Of a DNA stretch of 35,404 bases, positions 8,333-14,702 are shown piece by piece. The stretch is taken from the NCBI GenBank assembly GCA_964250825.1, contig CAXUIE010000002.1:5072-40475 (forward strand), given 5' to 3'. This stretch comes from an uncultured Acidisphaera sp. (lineage in GTDB: Bacteria; Pseudomonadota; Alphaproteobacteria; Acetobacterales; Acetobacteraceae). The translations under genes were made by a program, and so were the position numbers. The number at the start of each line of letters is the position of its first letter. Position 1 is the stretch's first letter. The notes beneath the pieces were generated by a model that was not told where the DNA came from, did no database searches, and saw only the letters and a program-made list of their open reading frames with translations.

Positions 8333-9997
8333 TTACTGGGGGGTGAGCGCGAACACCCAAAGCGAGCCGCCGGGCGGAACCGCGGCGAGACGCTCGTCGG
8401 CGGAGAAGATGGCGTAAACGCCGCCGATGCCGCTCGATACCGCGACGTATTGGACGCCGTCCTGCTCCCAGGTGACGGGCTGGCCCTCGATGCCGGAGCC
8501 GGTCTTGAACTGCCAGAGCTTCTTTCCGGTGTCGGTGTCGAACGCCTCGAGCTCGCCGGTCAGCTTGCCGGTGAACACCACGTTGCCGGCTGTCGACAGC
8601 ACGCCGGAGAACCGCGGGATATCGCTCGCCACTTCCCACTTGGACTTGCCCGTCATCGGGTCGAGCGCCTTGAGATAACCCCGAGGCCCGTCTGGCCAAA
8701 CCCAATCGATGTCCGCACCCCAATAGGTCAGTCCAGCCCGGTACTGCGGCGTCGTCGGCTTGTAGTGCATGCCCATGTTGATCGTGTTTGCGTAGACGAG
8801 GCCGTTGTTCGGATCGAAGGATATCGGCATCCAGTTCTTGGCCCCGAGCGCGCTTGGCCAAACTTCCTGAGCCTGGCCTTGCTTCACTTTATCGGTCACC
8901 TCCGTCGGGATCGGGCGGCCGGTTTGCATATCGACGCCCTTGGCCCAGGTGATCTTCTGGATGAAGGGGTTGGCCGCGAGCAGCTTGCCGTTCTCCCGGT
9001 CGAGCACGTAGAAGAAGCCGTTTCGATTCGCGTTCATCACGACCTTGGCCGGCTTGCCGTCGATGTTCAAGGTCGCGAGCACCATCTCAGCCACGCTGTC
9101 ATAGTCGTAGGGATCGTTGGGCGTGAACTGGTAATGCCACTTCATCTGACCCGTCTTCGGGTCGAGCGCCACGACGGAGCACGTGTAAAGGTTGTCGCCA
9201 GGATGCGTCATCGGGTTCCATGATCCTGCGTTCCCGGTGCCCCAGTAGACTGTATGAAGATCGGGGTCGAAGGAGCCGGTGATCCATGTCGACGCGCCGC
9301 CGTGCTGCCACGTATCGCCCGGCCAGCTCTTGGCTTCCGGGTCGCCCGGTCCGGCGACGGTGTAGGTCCGCCACAGATGCTTGCCGGTGTCGGGATCCCA
9401 GCCGTCGATGAAGCCGCGAATGCCGTATTCGGCGCCGGAGATGCCGGTAATGACAACGCCGTCCGCGACCAGCGGCGCGACCGTCATCGAGTAGCCGGTC
9501 TTGTAGTCGATCGCGTTCTGCTTCCAGAGCTCCTTGCCGGTCTTGGCGTCGAGCGCCATCACGTTCGCGTCGAGCGTCGTGCGGAATAGCTTGCCGTCAT
9601 ACAACGCGGCGCCCCGGTTGATGATGCCGCAGCACACGATGCGCGGCGTTTCCGGCGGGTAGTCGATCTTGCTTTTCCACAGCTGCTGCCCGGTCTTGGA
9701 GTCGAGCGCCATGGTCGCGGCGTTGGTCGTGACGTAGAGCACGCCCTTGTAGATAAGCGGCTGCGATTCTTCGCTCTTGTTGTCGTCGTAGCTGTAGTTC
9801 CAAACCGGGACCAGGCGCTTGACCGTGTCGCGATTGATCTGCGTCAGCGGGCTGAACCGCTGGAGGTCATAGCTCATTCCGTAGTTCAGGACTTCGGACG
9901 TGTCCGCCGTCCCCTTGGCCAGGTCGGCCGAGGTTTGAGCCTGCGTAGCAAGGGGCGCCAGCACCGCGAGCGACGCCGCGAGCAGAAGCTTTCGCAC
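8333..9997 (-). CDS. PQQ-dependent alcohol dehydrogenase, paralog 2; canonical Cys-Cys and a D-x-D motif
   Basis: 554 aa. GTG start at 9995-9997 is preceded by a purine-rich GGGAAGGGAAG. Signal RKLLLAASLAVLAPLATQAQ, vicinal disulfide context PRIVCCGIINRG, and ligand contexts GISGAEYGIRGF, GTGNAGSW and NDPYDYDS. Confidence 0.93.
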   Translation of the reverse strand: MRKLLLAASLAVLAPLATQAQTSADLAKGTADTSEVLNYGMSYDLQRFSPLTQINRDTVKRLVPVWNYSYDDNKSEESQPLIYKGVLYVTTNAATMALDSKTGQQLWKSKIDYPPETPRIVCCGIINRGAALYDGKLFRTTLDANVMALDAKTGKELWKQNAIDYKTGYSMTVAPLVADGVVITGISGAEYGIRGFIDGWDPDTGKHLWRTYTVAGPGDPEAKSWPGDTWQHGGASTWITGSFDPDLHTVYWGTGNAGSWNPMTHPGDNLYTCSVVALDPKTGQMKWHYQFTPNDPYDYDSVAEMVLATLNIDGKPAKVVMNANRNGFFYVLDRENGKLLAANPFIQKITWAKGVDMQTGRPIPTEVTDKVKQGQAQEVWPSALGAKNWMPISFDPNNGLVYANTINMGMHYKPTTPQYRAGLTYWGADIDWVWPDGPRGYLKALDPMTGKSKWEVASDIPRFSGVLSTAGNVVFTGKLTGELEAFDTDTGKKLWQFKTGSGIEGQPVTWEQDGVQYVAVSSGIGGVYAIFSADERLAAVPPGGSLWVFALTPQ

Positions 9998-10144
9998 GTT
10001 TCTTCCCTTCCCTGTGTGCCAAGAGCGGCACGTCTGGCGTTGTTCTTCGGCGGCCGTCTGCGGACCACTTGAAAGTAGCGTATCGCCCGCACGCAGCGTT
10101 TGCGATAGGGCGAAGTGCGCGTTCCCGACAAAATTCTGGCGCGG

Positions 10145-10156
10145 CGGAGATCTCCG
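10145..10156. promoter_or_regulatory. Perfect 12-bp palindrome CGGAGATCTCCG about 150 nt upstream of PQQ dehydrogenase 2; possible operator
   Basis: Seen directly in the 174-nt pqqE-to-dehydrogenase spacer. No known motif is assigned. Confidence 0.2.
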
Positions 10157-10171
10157 GACGGCTGACGCAGT

Positions 10172-11281
10172 TCAGGCGGGAACGGCGCCAATCCGGCGAT
10201 AAATGAAGGGAGGCGGAGCCTTCTCGCTCGCCTGCACCGCGATATCGAGCACAGCGTGGTGCGGGGACAGGCCGCACGCGGGATCGGTCGCCGCCGCGTC
10301 GCCGGTCAGCGCGAAAGCCTGGCAGCGGCAGCCGCCCCAATCGATCTCGCGTCGATCGCAGCCGGCGCAGGGCGCGGGCATCCAATCGGTGCCCCGGAAC
10401 CGGTTGAATGCATCCGAATCCCGCCAGATCTCGGCGAGCGAGCGGTCGCGCACGGAAGGGAAATCGAAGCCGGGAAGGCTTTCCGCCGCATGACAAGGCA
10501 GCACGCGGCCGGCCGGGGTCACGACGATGAAGCGTTGTCCCCAACCGCCCATGCAGGGTTTCGGCAGTCGCGCGTGGTAGTCCGGCACGACGTAGTCGAT
10601 CACGACCGCTCCGGCCAAGCGCGCCCGCGCCGCCTCGACATCGGCCGTCCCGACCTCGAGCTGGGCGCGGGAAGGGAGCAGGGCGACTTGGTTGGCCAGT
10701 GCCCAGCCATAATACTGAACATGCGCGACCTCGACCCGCGCCGCGCCAAGCTCCACCGCCATGTCGAGCATGGCCGATAAATTGCCCAGGTTTTGGCGGT
10801 GAACGACCAGATTGACGGTGAGCGGCAGGCCGGCACGCCGCACCATCGCCGCGACCTCCCGCTTCTTTTGCTGCGCGCCCGCCATCCCGGCGACGCGGTC
10901 GCCGTTGGCGTCGTCGGCGTCCTGGAAGCTGATCTGCACGTGGTCGAGCCCGGCATCGGCGAGGGCCGTCAGGCGCGCATCGTTAAGCGTGACGCCGGAC
11001 GTGATTAGGTTGGTGTAGAGACCCGCTCCGACCGCGTGACGGACTAGATCGGCTAGGTCGCGCCGCGCGGCCGGCTCGCCGCCGGAGAAGTGCACCTGCA
11101 GCGCGCCGATCGCCGCCGCCTCCGTCAGCACGCGACGCCATTCCGTCGTGTCGAGTTCGCCGCCCGCGCCGCCCAGCTGCGTCGGGTTGGAGCAGTACGG
11201 GCATTGTAGCGGGCAGCGATGGGTAAGTTCGGCAAGGATCGCGAGCGGCGCCGCGAGAGCGGTGCTGGCGTTGTTCGACAT
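10172..11281 (-). CDS. pqqE: PqqE, radical SAM/SPASM peptide cross-linking enzyme
   Basis: CPLQCPYCSNP radical-SAM motif near the N-terminus, and a C-terminal SPASM Cys cluster (CMGGWG.., PCAGCDRREIDWGGCRCQA). Start ATG 11279-11281 (MSNNAST) is preceded by GGAGGAA. The track start at 11380 is an unsupported extension. Confidence 0.95.
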   Translation of the reverse strand: MSNNASTALAAPLAILAELTHRCPLQCPYCSNPTQLGGAGGELDTTEWRRVLTEAAAIGALQVHFSGGEPAARRDLADLVRHAVGAGLYTNLITSGVTLNDARLTALADAGLDHVQISFQDADDANGDRVAGMAGAQQKKREVAAMVRRAGLPLTVNLVVHRQNLGNLSAMLDMAVELGAARVEVAHVQYYGWALANQVALLPSRAQLEVGTADVEAARARLAGAVVIDYVVPDYHARLPKPCMGGWGQRFIVVTPAGRVLPCHAAESLPGFDFPSVRDRSLAEIWRDSDAFNRFRGTDWMPAPCAGCDRREIDWGGCRCQAFALTGDAAATDPACGLSPHHAVLDIAVQASEKAPPPFIYRRIGAVPA

Positions 11282-11393
11282 TTCCTCCGTGTCCCTTCCC
11301 CGGCGTAAGCCGCCGACATTGGATCGCTTCCGCCGTCCGGACGAGCAATAGGGCGCATAAGCGCCAGTCGGGCGCGACAAAGCCCGATCGGCT

Positions 11394-11406
11394 TATAGTC
11401 TCTATA
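11394..11406. promoter_or_regulatory. AT-rich dyad TATAG-TCT-CTATA (T-N11-A architecture) in the divergent pqqE/pqqA spacer; candidate LysR-type binding site or -10 element
   Basis: Seen directly, and it stands out in GC-rich DNA. It fits the generic LysR T-N11-A box. A LysR gene lies downstream of pqqA. Confidence 0.3.
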
Positions 11407-11490
11407 GCTTTATGTGGACCCCATCTGGTAGGAGGGTGCAATCGAACTCGGCGGGCACCCGGCGAGCGACAACAAATAGGGAGCAAGACG

Positions 11491-11568
11491 ATGTCCTGGC
11501 GCAAACCCACTATTAGCCGTATTGCTGTCGGCTGCGAGATCAACGCGTATGGCTGCGCCGTCGTCTGA
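11491..11568 (+). CDS. pqqA: PqqA, PQQ precursor peptide (25 aa: MSWRKPTISRIAVGCEINAYGCAVV)
   Basis: Not in the ORF track because it is too short. ATG at 11491 is preceded by GGGAG 8 nt upstream; TGA at 11566-11568. The W3/P6/G14/E16/Y20 spacing is identical to known PqqA peptides (M-x-W-x-x-P...G-x-E-x-x-x-Y). Glu and Tyr are the residues fused into PQQ. Confidence 0.85.
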   Translation: MSWRKPTISRIAVGCEINAYGCAVV

Positions 11569-11585
11569 CGTCGGCTGATACCGTG

Positions 11586-11619
11586 CCGGGTGCCGCGGCC
11601 GAGACCGCGTTGCACCCGG
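11586..11619 (+). terminator. Compound hairpin after pqqA (CCGGGTGC-CGCGG-ccgaga-CCGCG-tt-GCACCCGG)
   Basis: Read directly, 18 nt after the pqqA stop. Stem-loops that give a short abundant pqqA transcript are known in other pqq operons. There is no U-tract. Confidence 0.5.
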
Positions 11620-11700
11620 AACAGCCGTTGCGGACTGTGTCGGCGCCCGCCGCTTGGGTGTCTGACGGTTCGGGTGCAGGGCTTCGGGGTCCGCCGGACG

Positions 11701-12696
11701 ATGGCAGCGCCAAGCTTCACGCTTAATCAGCTGCGCATATTCCTGGCTGTCGCACACGCGAGATCGCTGACCCGCGCCGCCAAGCTGCTGGACCAGACGC
11801 AGCCCTCATTGTCTCAACACATCGCCAAGCTCGAGGAATCCGTCGGACAACTATTGTTTGAGCGGGGTCGCGGCCAGTTCGACCTGACGGACGCCGGCGC
11901 ATTCCTGTGCCGCCGCGCCGAAGTCATCATGGCCGAGGTGGACGAGGCGGTGTCCGGGCTCGAGGCTCATGCGAAGGGGATGCGCGGCGTGCTGTCGATC
12001 GGGGCGCTCAGCTCGATCGCGCGCAATCTGCTGCCTGGCGCGCAGACGCGGATGGCCGAGGCCTTCCCGGACCTGGAACTCGACGTGCACGAGGTCGCCC
12101 CCGGCGAGGCGATCGAGATGCTGTACACGCGGCGCCTGACAGTCGCGCTCGTCGCGGCGGGATCGCTCGCTCCGAGCACGCTATCGTTCGCGCGAACCGA
12201 CGTGTTCCGCGACTCATACGTGCTCGCGGTGCCTCGGTCGCTCAATCTACGCGGCGTTGTCGATCCGGCTTCGGAGCTTGGCCCCGGCGCGCGACGCGTG
12301 CTGAACAGCGCGGTGCAGTTCACCTTCGGAACGCAGCACCAGTTGCGCATCTCGGGCTGGTACGATCGCTTTCTCCCGGGTCATTGCGTAGTGGGGCGCG
12401 TGCGGTCGTACGAACTGGCGCTGGCGATGGTGCAGGGGGGACGCGGCATCGCGATCGTCCCGGCGCTCAGCGCCCGGATCGGAGCGGGTGTCGCGTACCA
12501 GGTGACACTCTACGACGTCGGCCTCGAGCAGCGGGACATTGTCGCCCTGACTCCGTCACAATACCGCGGCGTCGAACCGCACGCGAGCCTGTTGGCCGCG
12601 CTCCGCGCGGCGGGATCCTCGATCGATTTGCCGTCGGTGGAGCCGACGCCGCCGTTTCTGCGCGCCGAACGGGCTACGGCGGCGGCGGCGCAGTAG
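11701..12696 (+). CDS. LysR-family transcriptional regulator
   Basis: N-terminal HTH LNQLRIFLAVAHARSLTRAAKLLDQTQPSLSQHIAKLEE plus a LysR substrate-binding-type C-terminus. Start ATG at 11701 (MAAPSF). The 3' end overlaps the pqqD 3' end by 23 nt (convergent). Confidence 0.9.
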   Translation: MAAPSFTLNQLRIFLAVAHARSLTRAAKLLDQTQPSLSQHIAKLEESVGQLLFERGRGQFDLTDAGAFLCRRAEVIMAEVDEAVSGLEAHAKGMRGVLSIGALSSIARNLLPGAQTRMAEAFPDLELDVHEVAPGEAIEMLYTRRLTVALVAAGSLAPSTLSFARTDVFRDSYVLAVPRSLNLRGVVDPASELGPGARRVLNSAVQFTFGTQHQLRISGWYDRFLPGHCVVGRVRSYELALAMVQGGRGIAIVPALSARIGAGVAYQVTLYDVGLEQRDIVALTPSQYRGVEPHASLLAALRAAGSSIDLPSVEPTPPFLRAERATAAAAQ

Positions 12697-12988
12697 CGTC
12701 CTCCAGCACGCCGTCGTCGGCGAGATCCTGCAACAGCGAGAGAATGTCGGCGAGGATCTCCTCGCGCGGCGCGTTGAATCGGCTCGCGAGCGCATCCGCG
12801 ATCGCAGCGACCGAACGGCTGGCGTCGACCAGCTTCAATACCTCGACGGCGATCTCGTCGGGCATCATCAGCCGTTCTGGTGCAAGAATGATCCACGCCT
12901 GCCGGGTTGCGTCGAAGCGGAAGCGGGTGCCGCGCGGCAAGCGCGGAACCGAGGCGGCCGCGACGACAAGCCGGGCGCGCGCGGTCAA
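12674..12988 (-). CDS. pqqD: PqqD, peptide chaperone for PqqE
   Basis: 104 aa, with VPRLPRGTRFRFDATRQAWIILAPERLMMPDEIAVEVLKLVDASRSVAAIADAL typical of PqqD. There is no upstream ATG or GTG in frame. The proposed TTG start (12986-12988) overlaps the pqqC TGA (12985-12987). Confidence 0.85.
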   Translation of the reverse strand: MTARARLVVAAASVPRLPRGTRFRFDATRQAWIILAPERLMMPDEIAVEVLKLVDASRSVAAIADALASRFNAPREEILADILSLLQDLADDGVLEDATAPPPP

Positions 12989-13734
12989 TGGTCGGACGGC
13001 ACGAACGCGCCGGGCGAGACGTGCTTCGGTGAGACGTAGGCGTAGCAAAGCGCATCCATCTGCGCCCACAGCACGTCGCACTTGAACCGGAGCGCGGCGA
13101 GCACGCCGTCCTGCTCCGCTCGGGTCCGCGCGTGGGTTTTGCAGTACTCGAGCGCGAACTGCACGTCTTGCGGCGCCTGGGTCAGCCGCGGCTGGAAATA
13201 CGCCAAGGTCTCGCGGCTCACGAAATCGTAGTTGGCGAGCATTCCCTCGACCCGTTCGGCGATGATGACCGGCGAAAACATCTCGGTCAGCGACGACGCG
13301 ATCGCGTCCAGCAGCGATTGGTCGCGCACGAACGCGACATAAGCGTCGACCGCGAACCGCGTGGCCGGAAGCAGGCCTCGCGTCGAACGGACATAATCGC
13401 GGTCGAGCCCCAAGCCGTCGGTCATCCGGAGCCAGCGCTCGATGCCGCCGGGTTGCTGGCCGTCCCCGTCGTGGTCGACCAGGCGCGACCGCCAGGCGCG
13501 GCGCAGCTCGGGCGTGGGCAGGCGCGCGATGAGCGTCGCGTCCTTGGCGGGAATGCGGCACTGATAATAATAGCGGTTCAGTGCCCAGGCCTGGATCTGC
13601 CCGCGGGTCAGCTGCCCGCCATACATGCGTCGGTGGAACGGGTGATTGCTGTGGTAACGCTCCGCTCCGATCGCCCGCAGCTCCCGCTCCAGTTCCTCAG
13701 GGCCGAGCAGGGTCGTCGCCCGGTCGTCGGTCAT
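12985..13734 (-). CDS. pqqC: PqqC, pyrroloquinoline-quinone synthase
   Basis: 249 aa with family-typical blocks (YHSNHPFHRRMYGGQLTRGQIQAWALNRYYYQ, RFKCDVLWAQMDA). The ATG overlaps the pqqB stop (ATGA). Confidence 0.95.
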   Translation of the reverse strand: MTDDRATTLLGPEELERELRAIGAERYHSNHPFHRRMYGGQLTRGQIQAWALNRYYYQCRIPAKDATLIARLPTPELRRAWRSRLVDHDGDGQQPGGIERWLRMTDGLGLDRDYVRSTRGLLPATRFAVDAYVAFVRDQSLLDAIASSLTEMFSPVIIAERVEGMLANYDFVSRETLAYFQPRLTQAPQDVQFALEYCKTHARTRAEQDGVLAALRFKCDVLWAQMDALCYAYVSPKHVSPGAFVPSDH

Positions 13735-14678
13735 AGGGTGACCTCCATTCCGTCATAGGCTACGTCCCAGCCGGCGTTCGCCGCGATCGCGCGCTCGGCC
13801 GAATCGTCGAGTAGGACGGGGTTGCTGTTATTGATGTGGATGAGCATTTTCCGCTCGACGCTGAGACCGCGGAAGGCCGCGATGGTGCCGTCCGGATCGG
13901 CGACGCTCATGTGCCCCATCCGCTTGCCGGTCTTGGCGCCGGACCCTTCCCGGATCATCTCGTCATCCGTCCAGAGCGTGCCATCGAAGAACACCAAGGC
14001 CGCGCCGCGCAGCCGTTCGGCAAGCTCCGGGGTCATGCGGGCGCACCCCGGGATGAAGAAGCAGCGCGCGCCGGACGCGTCCTGTAGCACGATTCCGACG
14101 GTGTCCTCCGCTTCGCCCGCGAGCCGCGCGCTGTCCCGCTCGAGGTACAGGGCCACCTTGCCGGGAACCGCGAAAAGCTCGGCCGTGAGCCCGCCAGGCA
14201 ACGCGAATGGCAGCTCGAGCGCGACCACCCGGCGTTCGACGTAGTCCGGCGATAGCGCGCCGAAGATCGGATTGGCCCCGATCACTCCGAGCACGCGGCC
14301 GGTCGCGAACAACGTGAAAGGCTGGCTTTCCCTCAGAACGAGCAGGCCGGCGACCGCGTCCACCTCGCTTCCGGTCAGCACCACGCCGGCGACCGGCGAA
14401 TGACGGAGCTTATCGCGCGGATGCAGAACCGGGCAGGCCTCGATCTGTTGGCGGAGGTCGGGGCTGGCGTTGACCAGCGTCCAGTGCTCCCCGTCGCCGG
14501 ACACGGCGATGCCGCATTGCGTGCGGGGCCGCGCCGCTGGATCGCCGGCGCGCGCGCGGCGGCAGGCGGCGTTGTTCGCGTTCCATTGCGGGAACCCGCC
14601 ACCCGCCGCGGCGCCGAGCACGACAATACGCAGCGGCGCATCCTCCCTCGCTCGCGTGCACGAAACGCATCGTGTCAC
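13731..14678 (-). CDS. pqqB: PqqB (metallo-beta-lactamase fold)
   Basis: VVLGAAAGGGFPQWN N-terminal signature. The maximal start is GTG 14676-14678 with no SD. A CTG at 14631-14633 (giving M-RIVVLGAAAGGG) sits 8 nt after AGGGAGGA and matches the usual PqqB N-terminus better. Confidence 0.92.
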   Translation of the reverse strand: MTRCVSCTRAREDAPLRIVVLGAAAGGGFPQWNANNAACRRARAGDPAARPRTQCGIAVSGDGEHWTLVNASPDLRQQIEACPVLHPRDKLRHSPVAGVVLTGSEVDAVAGLLVLRESQPFTLFATGRVLGVIGANPIFGALSPDYVERRVVALELPFALPGGLTAELFAVPGKVALYLERDSARLAGEAEDTVGIVLQDASGARCFFIPGCARMTPELAERLRGAALVFFDGTLWTDDEMIREGSGAKTGKRMGHMSVADPDGTIAAFRGLSVERKMLIHINNSNPVLLDDSAERAIAANAGWDVAYDGMEVTL

Positions 14679-14702
14679 CGATCGGGAACGCCGGAAAGGT
14701 GG

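Noticed and set aside
10016-10021. TGGCAC (minus strand) resembling a sigma-54 -24 element upstream of PQQ dehydrogenase 2
   Set aside because: There is no TTGC -12 element at the required spacing, and it lies only about 20 nt from the start codon.
11907-13085. 392-aa plus-strand ORF, and the 245-aa minus-strand ORF at 10983-11720
   Set aside because: They overlap lysR/pqqD/pqqC and pqqE/pqqA respectively in alternative frames. Their extreme Arg content indicates shadow ORFs.
12989-13561. Upstream 190 aa of the 295-aa ORF that contains pqqD
   Set aside because: It lies entirely inside pqqC in another frame with Arg/Pro/Ala-rich composition. Only the last 104 aa resemble PqqD.
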